64,000 nucleotides of DNA from Chthoniobacterales bacterium. GTDB taxonomy: Bacteria; Verrucomicrobiota; Verrucomicrobiia; Chthoniobacterales; Chthoniobacteraceae. Location: assembly GCA_038207335.1 (NCBI GenBank), contig JBBQZX010000011.1:87514-151513 (forward strand), read 5' to 3'. The first letter of the stretch is position 1; every line of letters begins with the position of its first letter. A program made the position numbers and the translations under genes. Below are positions 49,676 to 62,233 of this stretch, one piece after another. Under the pieces are notes generated by a model, which searched no databases, was not told the origin of the DNA, and worked only from the letters and a program-made list of their open reading frames with translations.

Positions 49676-50515
49676 ATGGCTTTGAAAACAACGAAGGCAA
49701 AATGTTCACGGATCTTGATCGTGGATGATCACTATGTGGTCCGGCAGGGATTGAAGCAGGTTCTCGCCGAAAGATTCGGCGACGTCGACTTCGGCGAAGC
49801 CTCAGACGGAAACGAGGCTCTCCAACATGTATGGAATGGCGACTGGAGTGTCGTGCTTTTGGACGTTGCCATGCCCGGCCGCGGGGGTTTGGACACCTTG
49901 AAGGAGGTGCTGCGGGCCAAGCCGAAACTACCCGTGATTATCGTTAGCATGCACTCGGAGGAAATTTTTGCAGTGCGGGCGCTGAAGCTCGGTGCCTCCA
50001 GCTATATTCGAAAAGACTGCGCAGGCGTCGAATTGGTCGCGGCCGTAGAGGCAGCACTGCGCGGCCAGCAATTCATCACCCCACTGGTGGCGCTACAACT
50101 GGCTCGCCAGTTAAAACAGGAACGGGGCGACCTCCCGCATGAAGTCCTGTCAGATAGAGAGTTCCAAGTTTTCTGTCTGCTCGGGTCTGGAGTCATCATA
50201 AAAGAAGTGGCGGACCGACTTTCCCTGAGCGCCAAGACCATCTCGACGTATCGCACCCGGATTTTGGAGAAGATGGGCCTCAAAAACACTTCCCAAATTA
50301 TCCATTATGTCGTCGAGCACGGATTGAGCACTACCGCAGTCGAGGAAATCGCTGAGGCAAACGCCTGCATCCAAAGCCCCCGACCGAAGTCCGCCCGTTC
50401 AACGAGGGCCGACAGGCCGAAGACCCGTTCCAATAGCTCGGGGTTGATCACTCCGTCTAGCGATCCAAAGGTCCGAAACATTGGCATGTTTGCGGCTCCG
50501 ATTTCTCCAGATTGA
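49676..50515 (+). CDS. NarL/UvrY-family response regulator with about 60-aa disordered tail
   Basis: ILIVDDH, LLDVAMPG, LSDREFQV, LSLSAKTISTYR. Confidence 0.93.
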   Translation: MALKTTKAKCSRILIVDDHYVVRQGLKQVLAERFGDVDFGEASDGNEALQHVWNGDWSVVLLDVAMPGRGGLDTLKEVLRAKPKLPVIIVSMHSEEIFAVRALKLGASSYIRKDCAGVELVAAVEAALRGQQFITPLVALQLARQLKQERGDLPHEVLSDREFQVFCLLGSGVIIKEVADRLSLSAKTISTYRTRILEKMGLKNTSQIIHYVVEHGLSTTAVEEIAEANACIQSPRPKSARSTRADRPKTRSNSSGLITPSSDPKVRNIGMFAAPISPD

Positions 50516-50623
50516 GTGGAATCCCGCACGGTTCTGGTAGCCCTCCGGGGCACGCTTGAGTTCGACGAACATCACGATCCCACCGATCAGAAAGATGCTT
50601 GCGAGGAGGATGAGCGCGATCAT
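50399..50623 (-). CDS. Small single-TM protein
   Basis: MIALILLASIFLIGGIVMF followed by KRAPEGYQNRAGFH; overlaps the tail of the convergent response regulator. Confidence 0.55.
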   Translation of the reverse strand: MIALILLASIFLIGGIVMFVELKRAPEGYQNRAGFHSIWRNRSRKHANVSDLWIARRSDQPRAIGTGLRPVGPR

Positions 50624-50865
50624 GGTGATGAATGATAGCAGGAACTGCGCCTGATCTCGTTGGTGATTTGCGTTTCAACACGAAAAAGATCCCAACAGCA
50701 CGCTCGTCCACGAAGCGAGCTACTCGAAAAGCTCGGCCTGCGGCACTACTCTTCGTGTCTCTTGCCAGTGCTCCGATTCGATGCCTGCTACTCAGCCCGA
50801 CTGTCGTCGGCGACATGCGTTTCAGCTCCGTCTTCGTCATCGCGATTACCTTGCGCCTGCGTTCC

Positions 50866-50903
50866 GTTAACCTCGACGGCTGAGCGTCAGCCGTGAGGTT
50901 GAC
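50866..50903. repeat. Long imperfect hairpin (terminator or REP-like)
   Basis: GTTAACCTC-G-ACGGCTGA-GCG-TCAGCCGT-GAGGTTGAC, just downstream of the minus-strand kinase. Confidence 0.7.
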
Positions 50904-50918
50904 AGCGAGAATGATGGG

Positions 50919-52649
50919 TCATACGCGCGGCTCGGCGTCACGATCCATAACCGTGTTGGCTTGAACGACCGCCACCTTTGCCAATGCCTGGCGGAGGGCG
51001 ATGCGCGAAAGGGGCTTGGCGAGCACGAGGTCGATCGCCTCGGAATACTGTTTTCCGGGCGTTACCTCACCGCCGTAGCCGGTGAGGAGAATCACGGGCG
51101 TGTGCGGGCTGGTTTCCTTGATGCCGATGGCGAGTTGCTCGCCGGTCATCTCGGACATGACGTGATCGGTGATGACCAAGTCAAAATGGCCGGCGTGAAA
51201 TTTCTCCAGCGCCTCGCTGCCGCTGAACGCGGTCTCGACGGTGTGGAGGTCGTCTTGCAAGTGCTGGCAGACGAACTGGCAGAGGATTGGTTGATCGTCC
51301 ACGACGAGGATGCGCCACGGGCCATGCGCGGCTGGTGCGGCGTCGAGGGTTGCGAGGCTTTCGGTTTTTGGCACCGGCAGGCGCAGCGCGAAGGTGGTCC
51401 CGAGACCGGGTGCGCTCTGAACATCCGTGGTGCCGCCGTGGCGGAGGATGATGCCGAAGACCATCGAGAGCCCGAGGCCGGTGCCGCGAGGACCTTTGGT
51501 GCTGAAGAAAGGCTCAAGGCAGCGCCGCCGCACTTCTTCGCTCATGCCGGTGCCGGTATCGGTGATCCGTAAGGCGACGGTTTCACCCTCGCGCTGAGTG
51601 CCGAGGGTGATCGTGCCGCCTTCCGGGAGTGCATCGACGGCGTTGAAGATGACGTTGGTGAGCGCCTCGCGCAGCTCCGCGGCGTCGCCGGTGATCGATG
51701 GGATTTCACCCAGTTCGGTGGCCATGGTGATCGTCCGCCCGTCGGCGGTGGCGTCGGTCTGCCACCGGGGGCGGGTGAGCGTGACCGCCTGTTCGACGAG
51801 CCGATTGAGATCGACGGGCATTCGCTGTTCCTCCGCCTCCTCGGGCCGGTAGAACTCGCGCAGCCGATGCACGATCTTCGCTCCGTCTTCGGCGGCGGTG
51901 AGGATGGTGGTCAGGGGCATCGTGGCGTTCTCCTTCGTCAGGCCATGCTCGGCGTCGCGCAGGAGCAGCTCGCCGAAACCCATGATAATGCTGAGCGCGT
52001 TGTTAAAGTCGTGGGCTATGCCGCCAGCCATGGCACCGAGCGCGGCAAGCCGCTCATGCTGGATGACTTGCTGCTGCGTGCGCCCGAGTTCGCTCAGTGC
52101 TCGCTCCAGCTCGATCGTGCGCTGGCGCACGCTTTCCTCCAGAGTCGCGTTTTGCCTCTGGATGGTGAGATGCGAGAGCCGGGCGCGGAGCAGATTGTGC
52201 ATGCGAAGCAGGACTTCGCTCTGGTCAAAGGGCTTGGTGAGAAAATCAGTCGCACCGGCGAGAAGCGCGCGCGTCCTCGTCGGCGGTGTAATGTCCGCGG
52301 TGAGGACGACGATGGGCAGGTAGTCATCGGTGGCAGTGAGCGCGTGCAATTGCTCGATGACCGCGCAGCCATCGAGCCCAGGCATGAGCCAGTCGGTGAG
52401 GACGAGGTCCGGCTGGAAGTCTGTGAAGAGCGCGGCGGCTTCGTGCGAATTGGTGGTGCTGATGAAGTTCTCGAATCCAGCGCGAGTCAGGACGCGTTGG
52501 AGCAGCCGCACATTGGGCTCTTCATCGTCGATGATGAGAATCTTGCAGGCATGCACCGCATCCGGCACGGCCCGGGGAAGGATCGCCGAAAGGCTGATGT
52601 TCGGAAGAAGGTTGAGAGTTGCTTCGTTCGTTTCCATGAGGCCGGGCAT
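50919..52649 (-). CDS. Hybrid histidine kinase REC-HisKA-HATPase-REC (start 52649 or 52637)
   Basis: ILIIDDE..TDWLMP; GGIAHDFNN; DTGTGM, EPFFSTK, GTGLGL; ILVVDD..ITDHVM. Confidence 0.92.
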   Translation of the reverse strand: MPGLMETNEATLNLLPNISLSAILPRAVPDAVHACKILIIDDEEPNVRLLQRVLTRAGFENFISTTNSHEAAALFTDFQPDLVLTDWLMPGLDGCAVIEQLHALTATDDYLPIVVLTADITPPTRTRALLAGATDFLTKPFDQSEVLLRMHNLLRARLSHLTIQRQNATLEESVRQRTIELERALSELGRTQQQVIQHERLAALGAMAGGIAHDFNNALSIIMGFGELLLRDAEHGLTKENATMPLTTILTAAEDGAKIVHRLREFYRPEEAEEQRMPVDLNRLVEQAVTLTRPRWQTDATADGRTITMATELGEIPSITGDAAELREALTNVIFNAVDALPEGGTITLGTQREGETVALRITDTGTGMSEEVRRRCLEPFFSTKGPRGTGLGLSMVFGIILRHGGTTDVQSAPGLGTTFALRLPVPKTESLATLDAAPAAHGPWRILVVDDQPILCQFVCQHLQDDLHTVETAFSGSEALEKFHAGHFDLVITDHVMSEMTGEQLAIGIKETSPHTPVILLTGYGGEVTPGKQYSEAIDLVLAKPLSRIALRQALAKVAVVQANTVMDRDAEPRV

Positions 52650-52726
52650 AGCCGCTACTGTGCTAGCATTCGTGACGAATCGCAGGCGCGGCGACTGTGG
52701 AGATTGCTCCGAGGGTTTGTCCGTAG

Positions 52727-53377
52727 CTATCCCGAAATGATCTTGTTGCGGATGGCGTAGCGCACCAAGTCCGCGAAGGAATCCAGCCGCAGCTTGCGCA
52801 TGGTGGCGGCGCGATGGGTTTCCACGGTCTTGATACTGATGCCGAGCAGTGCGGCGACTTCCTTGTTGCTTTTGCCTTCGCAAAGGAGCTGAACGATCTC
52901 ACGCTCGCGCGGCGTGAGGCCTTCGGTCTTGTCCTTTCCCGCGCCCGACGCGCCATCGAGATAGCGCGCAAAGACGACCTCCGAGATGCGGTTGGTAAAG
53001 TAATGCTTGTGCTCTCCGAGGGCCCGGATCGCGGCGACGAGGTGCCCTCCGATGTCGCTTTTCAAAATGTAACTTCGCGCGCCCGCGGCGAAGACGTCAT
53101 GGATGAGCTGGTCACTTTCCTCGGCGGTGAAGATGAGCACTTCCGTCTTCGGCAGCGCCCGCTTGATCTGCCGCGCGGCGTCGAGGCCGTTGAGTTCTGG
53201 CATGCCGATATCCAGCACCACCACATCGGGCTTGAGCTTCTCCGCGAGGGCGACGGCCGTGCGGCCATTGGCGGCTTCCCCGCACACTTCCCAGCCGGCT
53301 TCCTTTTCGATCAAAATCCGCACGCCCTGCCGGACAACCTCATGGTCGTCGGCGAGCAGGATGCGGAGTTTTTCCAT
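52727..53377 (-). CDS. NarL-family response regulator
   Basis: RILLADDH, LDIGMPELNG, LTPREREI, GISIKTVETHR. Confidence 0.95.
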   Translation of the reverse strand: MEKLRILLADDHEVVRQGVRILIEKEAGWEVCGEAANGRTAVALAEKLKPDVVVLDIGMPELNGLDAARQIKRALPKTEVLIFTAEESDQLIHDVFAAGARSYILKSDIGGHLVAAIRALGEHKHYFTNRISEVVFARYLDGASGAGKDKTEGLTPREREIVQLLCEGKSNKEVAALLGISIKTVETHRAATMRKLRLDSFADLVRYAIRNKIISG

Positions 53378-53585
53378 GCGCGGTTTGGTTTGGTTGCTGC
53401 GCTCCGCGATCTCGGTATCCGACGCGGGATGGAGCACTCTGCCCGGCGACTCTACACCCATCTGGCCGAACCTGTGAGCTGATTCTGTGGTCGTGAAACC
53501 GTGCCGCTCGGGGTTTCCCCGGAGGCAAAAGTCCACACTTCACGCGGCACCTTGGGTGCCGGGGGCGCTGTATTCATTGATGAGA

Positions 53586-54295
53586 ATGAATACCTTGATC
53601 GCCGATGACGACGACATCACCCGACTGCTTCTCAGTTCCGCACTGACCAAGCTCGGGCATTCCGTGCGTGAGGCGAAGAATGGGATCGAGGCGTGGATGG
53701 CGTGGCTCAGCGGCGACTACCCGCTGGTCATCTCGGACTGGAAGATGCCCGACCTCGACGGGCTGGAATTTTGCCAGCGCATCCGCGCCGCGCCCCGTGC
53801 GGAATACAGCTACATCATCCTGCTCACCTCGTGCTCCGGGAGCGCGAACTATCTCGAGGCGATGACCGCCGGCGCGGACGATTTCGTCACCAAGCCGTTT
53901 GAAAAGGACGCCTTAGCTGCGCGCGTGCGCGTGGCCGAGCGCATCCTCGGACTGCACGCCAATCTCCGCGCGTCCAACGCCGATCTCGAACGCCGCGCTC
54001 GCGCACGCACGGCGGAACTCGAAGCCGCGATGCGCGCGAAGGAGGAATTCCTGTCCCGCGCCAGTCACGAGCTGCGCACCCCGATGAATCACATCCTCGG
54101 CTTTGCCCAACTGCTCGAAATGGACGCCGACACGCCCGAGCAAAAGGACAGCGTCGGACAAATCCTCACCAGCGGCGCGCACCTGCTGACCCTGATCGAC
54201 CGCATCCTCGCCATTTCCGCGACCACGCCGGAGAAGGTCGGCTTTCTGGAAACCCAGCACCTCCGCCCAAGCGCCCGCCCTCCCTCCGAGTCGCC

Positions 54296-54299
<4 letters not shown>
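53586..54299 (+). CDS. REC + HisKA protein lacking the HATPase domain
   Basis: LIADDD..SDWKMP; SHELRTPMNHILGF; ORF ends about 25 aa after the DHp helices; stop overlaps next ATG. Confidence 0.85.
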
Positions 54300-57592
<3,293 letters not shown>

Positions 57593-57816
57593 CAGCTTGG
57601 TGCCGGGCAGAGCACGTCCCCATGGACGAGGATTCGCGCGCTTCGGCTGCAACTTGTGATTTGAAGATGCCGGGTATTCGCCGCCACGTCGCGCACGTCG
57701 CAAAAGCCGGAGTTGACGAGGTGTGCAAACGGGGCGATACGAACAGTGCGCACGGTGTTAAACAGCATTGTTCGGCTGGGGTGGACAGCACGGGAGGCGC
57801 GAAACGAAACCGCGCC

Positions 57817-59898
57817 ATGAGCTTTCCGCTTCCTCCAAATGAAGTCCAGCGCCTCGCGGAACTCAGGCGGTACGCGGTGCTCGATACTCCGCCGGAAAAG
57901 GCATTTGACGACATCACCAAACTCACGGCCGGGATCTTCAAAGTGCCGATCTCAACGGTGACTTTGATCGATGAACACCGGCAGTGGTTTAAGTCGTGTT
58001 TCGGTCTGGAGACGCGCGAAGTGGGCAGGAGTATCGCCTTCTGCGCGTATGCCATTTTGCGGGACGAAGTGATGGTCCTGCCCGATGCACGGAAGGATCC
58101 GCGCTTCGTCAACAACCCCTTGGTGACTGGTGCGCCGCACATCCGCTTTTACGCCGCCGCGCCGCTGAGGACTAAAAATCGGCTGAACCTCGGCACCCTC
58201 AGCATCATCGACACGAGTCCCCGGCAATTTCGCCCGGACGCGGCGGAGATGCTCGCGAGCCTGGCAGCACTCGTGGTCAGCGAATTGGAGCTGCGCTACG
58301 AAATCGGCGAGCGCCGCCGCACGACGGAGAGTCTGCGACTGTTGCAGGCGGCGGTGGAGCAAAGCAGCGAGTCCGTCATCATCACCACCTCAGAGATTAG
58401 TTTGCCGGGACCGGAGATTATCTTCGTCAACCCCGCATTCACGGCGCTCACCGGATATTCTCGCGAGGAGGTGATGGGCAAGACGCCGCGAATCACGCAG
58501 GGACAAAAGACGGAGCGCTCAGTTCTCGATGGTGTGCGGGCAAACTTGATCAAGGGTGACGAATTCCACTTCGAGGCAGTCAATTATCGAAAGGATGGAA
58601 GTGACTTCATCATGTCCACCCAGATCTCACCGATCCGGAGTGAAGATGGAAAGTTGACGCACTTCATCTGCTTTCAGTGCGATGGGACAGACAGCAAGCG
58701 CGCCGCCGAAAGTCTTCAGAAAGCGATGGAGGACTCCGAGCGGGCGAACCGCGCGAAGAGCGAATTCCTCTCCCGCATGAGCCACGAACTGCGCACGCCG
58801 CTGCACGCGATTCTCGGCTTTGCGCAGCTCCTGGAGATGGACGCCCTCAGCCTCGAAGACAAGGAGAGCGTGGCGTGCATTCAAGGTGCGGGAAACCATC
58901 TGCTGGGGCTGATCAACGAAGTGCTCGATATCGCGCGCGTCGAAGCCGGCAAGCTCGCGCTCACACCCGAACCGGTGAGCGTGCGGGAGACTTTGGAAGA
59001 GACGCTTTCCCTCGTGAAACCGCAGGCTGCCGAACGCGGCGTGCGGCTGGAGCCGCTCACCGGCGACCTCGACTGCGAGGTGCTTTCCAGCGCGCGGCGC
59101 TTCAAGCAAGTCGTCCTCAATCTGCTGTCGAACGCCGTGAAATTTAACCGAAAGGGCGGGAGCGTCGCGGTGTCGTGCGAAAAGATCGAAGACTTCCTGC
59201 GCATTAAGGTCGCGGACACGGGGCACGGCATTTCGCTTGAAAACCTCGCGAAAGTTTTCGTGCCTTTCGAGCGTCTCAATGTCTCGGACACGGTCATTGA
59301 AGGCGCGGGCCTTGGCTTGTCACTTTCCAAGCACCTCGTCGAGGCGATGGGCGGCAAGATCGGCGTCGAAAGCGAGCCCGGCAAAGGCACGACTTTTTGG
59401 GTGGAGTTGCCGCTCATTCAGCTGACGAGCGAGGCCGCTACGCTCAGCCTCGAAGCCCGCATCCGCACCATCGCGGAAATGCCGCGCTCCACCGCCCCGC
59501 GCACGCTGCTTTACATCGAGGACAATCTTTCCAATCTCCGCCTCGTCGAGCGCATCCTCGCGCGGCGGCCCGAGATCAAGCTGATCGTCGCCATGCAAGG
59601 CAGCATCGGCCTCGAACTCGCGCGCCAGCACCAGCCCGACCTCGTGCTGCTCGATCTCCACCTGCCCGACATTCAGGGCGACGAAATCCTCCGCCAACTA
59701 CGCGCCGATCCCCGCACCGCTCAGCTCCCAATCGTGATGGTCAGCGCCGACGCCACCCCCGCGCAGATCGAGCGCCTCCGCGCCGCCGGCGCAACGGAGT
59801 ACTTCACCAAACCGATCGACGTGCGCGCCTTTCTCACCCTCGTCGATGCAACCGAGCCGCGCCCGGCGGCGAAATGCGTGAAGAAAATCACCCGATGA
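57817..59898 (+). CDS. Hybrid sensor kinase GAF-PAS-HisKA-HATPase-REC
   Basis: FCAYAI..RFYAAAPL; MSHELRTPL; NLLSNAVK; GAGLGL; LYIEDN..LDLHLP. Confidence 0.94.
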   Translation: MSFPLPPNEVQRLAELRRYAVLDTPPEKAFDDITKLTAGIFKVPISTVTLIDEHRQWFKSCFGLETREVGRSIAFCAYAILRDEVMVLPDARKDPRFVNNPLVTGAPHIRFYAAAPLRTKNRLNLGTLSIIDTSPRQFRPDAAEMLASLAALVVSELELRYEIGERRRTTESLRLLQAAVEQSSESVIITTSEISLPGPEIIFVNPAFTALTGYSREEVMGKTPRITQGQKTERSVLDGVRANLIKGDEFHFEAVNYRKDGSDFIMSTQISPIRSEDGKLTHFICFQCDGTDSKRAAESLQKAMEDSERANRAKSEFLSRMSHELRTPLHAILGFAQLLEMDALSLEDKESVACIQGAGNHLLGLINEVLDIARVEAGKLALTPEPVSVRETLEETLSLVKPQAAERGVRLEPLTGDLDCEVLSSARRFKQVVLNLLSNAVKFNRKGGSVAVSCEKIEDFLRIKVADTGHGISLENLAKVFVPFERLNVSDTVIEGAGLGLSLSKHLVEAMGGKIGVESEPGKGTTFWVELPLIQLTSEAATLSLEARIRTIAEMPRSTAPRTLLYIEDNLSNLRLVERILARRPEIKLIVAMQGSIGLELARQHQPDLVLLDLHLPDIQGDEILRQLRADPRTAQLPIVMVSADATPAQIERLRAAGATEYFTKPIDVRAFLTLVDATEPRPAAKCVKKITR

Positions 59899-60006
59899 GA
59901 TGCTGCGCGACTTCGCTCAGGCCGACGTGCCGATGGAGCCCGACGGGAAAATTGATCGTGCATGCTCGCCCGAGCCGCATCGACGCAATTGATAAGCGCT
60001 CCAAAG

Positions 60007-60051
60007 TGGTCGGGCCGACTGGATTCGAACCAGCGACCTCTTGAACCCCAT
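60007..60051 (-). mobile_element. att site: duplicated 3' half of tRNA-Pro(GGG)
   Basis: Reverse complement ATGGGGTTCAAGAGGTCGCTGGTTCGAATCCAGTCGGCCCGACCA has the anticodon loop, T-arm and CCA; the 5' half is absent. Confidence 0.88.
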
Positions 60052-60201
60052 AAAGAAATGGGCGTTTTCGGCACAATCCGGCAGGGTGCGGCACAACCGG
60101 GAACAGGGCGGCATGACGAGCGGAAAGCCTTTGTGGGAAAGGGTTTGCGGGCCGCAAATGTGCGGCACACGCAGGCACCGCGCGGCATGAGTTTTTTTTG
60201 C

Positions 60202-60225
60202 CGGGGCCACCAGCGGGGCCACCAG
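60202..60225 (+). repeat. Tandem 12-bp direct repeat CGGGGCCACCAG x2 (candidate integrase arm sites)
   Basis: Perfect tandem copy about 150 bp inside the att core. Confidence 0.8.
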
Positions 60226-60927
60226 ATGTTCTAAGCTAGAGACCTCCAGGTTCTCCGCCAGCCGCGCCTCTGGACCTGCGCCGCGTCTCTGGAAAGCGAG
60301 GACGCGGACTTTGTTGTTCGCTAGGCGGAGGAGAGTGGCGTGAAGTGCTCTTGAATTTCAAACGGGGAAGGTGAATCTGCGGAAGGTCAAGCAGTTCAGC
60401 TTGAAACAAGCGCCCGTGAAATCGATTTCCTCGCTCTGACGGATCGAGAGTTATTCGAGGACATCGGATAACGAACTGCGCGCTGGCGGGTGGACATATC
60501 GGACTCCAAACTCTTGCCGCACCGCAAGTGGAAAGAGGTCGGACGCCTGGCCCCCAGGTAGATGCGGCCTGTCCGGTGCACTGCGCGCCTCCCTCGATTG
60601 TAGGCCCGCGCTTTCAGAGCGTTCCCGGCTTACTCGGCGCGGGAGGTCCGTCGCTCGATCATGGCCGACAGCCCGCGAGAATCCTTCCGTTCACGTTCGG
60701 AGCGAGGCCATTTCGACTTCCGGGAAGCTCCCAAACGGGAGCCTGACAATGGCGCAAACCCACTACCAAGGAGGTGACTTATGAACATCACCTAATTCAA
60801 CCATCTACCCAGCAAACAGGGCTTGCTGAGTTGGTCGCTCGACAAGCCCTAAAGCTTTTTGGGTCAGGAATAAACCCGTGCTGAACAACGGCAAATCTTG
60901 GCTCCGAAGGCGCGCGCGTCAAGAAAA

Positions 60928-62064
60928 ATGCCGAGTTTTTCTAACCGGAGAGGTGCGCCCTCATCCCGGCAGGAAAATGAAAGTCGCACACGTTGCCGGG
61001 GCCGCCGCCCAGGCCGCGCAGCGACCTGTCGCGCCCGACTCAAGGGATGGCTTTTCAATGTCGCAGACCGATCACCGATTTGGGGAGACGTGGACCTCAA
61101 GGCGTTCTGCGCGCTCACCGGCTACAGCCGCGAACATGCGACCCGTGAGCTTTCAGAGCTGCGGCGTGCGACCGGTCTCGCGTTCGAGACGAAGCAGCGC
61201 AAAAAGCGCGGCGCGGAGAAGGCAAGCTGGGGCGTCATCGTGGCCGATCCAGACAAGCTCAAATTCGACAAGCGTTCGCTCTTTTACGACCGGTGCGGAA
61301 ATCGGCTCCACAACTACACCACCCTCTCGTCTGACGGAGAGAAAATCACGCCGACCATTCCCGCAAGTCCGGTCGCGTGTCGGCCTCGTGGAAGACCGCG
61401 CACCCGCCAGGTGCCGGACGACGCGATGAAACGTCCGCGCGGCCGTCCGAAGAAACAAAGCGTCTCCTCGCCGCAAGCTGCTCCCGCCCCGGTGCAGCCG
61501 CCGAACGCCGGTGAGAGCGGCCAAAAAATAGGAGAAAATCACGGACTCTGTGACAATGCATATGAAGAGGATTCCTTCGGAATACAGCAGCCAGATCCAA
61601 ACGGTGCGCGGCGCGATGTCGCGATGTCGCGGGAAGAGATAAAAGCGCCGCAACCGGCGCTGAAGCGGAAAGCGTTCAGCCTCCAGGCACGGCTTGAAGC
61701 CTGCCATTGGGACAACTGCAAAGTGACTTTCAGCAGCCGCACAGCGCACAATTACGCGCTCCGAGCGCTCGTCGATGGACACGAAGAGAAACGCATTGTT
61801 TCGTGCTACGCCGATGCGCTGTTCGTCTGCCACGGATTCGCGGTCGATCGAGGGGCCAGCGCCGGAAAGGTCGTCTTTTTCAACCCGTCATCGACGGTCG
61901 TGAAGGCTGCCGCATTGCTCGCGAAAGACGGCCTGACGCGCCAGGATCGCATCGCGCGATGGTATGCAAATCATCCGCGTCGCAACGCGGAACCAGTGCC
62001 ACCCCTCCCCGCTGACATCGAAGCCATTCGCGCGCAGATCGCTGCCACCTTTCCGCGCGACTGA
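60928..62064 (+). CDS. Hypothetical DNA-binding protein (HTH-like + two AT-hook motifs), possible replication initiator
   Basis: LKAFCALTGYSREHATRELSELR (HTH-like); RPRGRPR and KRPRGRPKK. Confidence 0.6.
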   Translation: MPSFSNRRGAPSSRQENESRTRCRGRRPGRAATCRARLKGWLFNVADRSPIWGDVDLKAFCALTGYSREHATRELSELRRATGLAFETKQRKKRGAEKASWGVIVADPDKLKFDKRSLFYDRCGNRLHNYTTLSSDGEKITPTIPASPVACRPRGRPRTRQVPDDAMKRPRGRPKKQSVSSPQAAPAPVQPPNAGESGQKIGENHGLCDNAYEEDSFGIQQPDPNGARRDVAMSREEIKAPQPALKRKAFSLQARLEACHWDNCKVTFSSRTAHNYALRALVDGHEEKRIVSCYADALFVCHGFAVDRGASAGKVVFFNPSSTVVKAAALLAKDGLTRQDRIARWYANHPRRNAEPVPPLPADIEAIRAQIAATFPRD

Positions 62065-62080
62065 CCCGCTCCTCCAAGTG

Positions 62081-62233
62081 TCAGTAAACCTTTGGAAACT
62101 TTCCCGTCCGCTTGAAGGCGTTCAGGCCGGTGACGACGCTCTCAACCATGCGGTCGGCCACGGCGCTCTCGTCAGCAGACGGCTTGCGTGGTTTGATCTT
62201 AGCGGCGAGAACCTGCTTGGAGGAAGGCTTCAT
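62081..62233 (-). CDS. Small basic protein (50 aa) overlapping the 3' end of the zeta-like gene; candidate partner/antitoxin
   Basis: MKPSSKQVLAAKIKPRKPSADESAVADRMVESVVTGLNAFKRTGKFPKVY. Confidence 0.5.
   Translation of the reverse strand: MKPSSKQVLAAKIKPRKPSADESAVADRMVESVVTGLNAFKRTGKFPKVY

Noticed and set aside
58420..58510. LOV photoreceptor domain in the 57817 kinase
   Set aside because: Reads GKTPRITQ instead of GxNCRFLQ; the photoactive Cys is missing
60007..60080. Complete tRNA-Pro gene
   Set aside because: Sequence beyond 60051 cannot form the 5' anticodon stem (needs CTTGA), D-arm or acceptor strand; only an att fragment is present
60355..60471. Protein-like fragment ...AREIDFLALTDRELFEDIG*
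   Set aside because: No in-frame standard start after the upstream stop; too short to support
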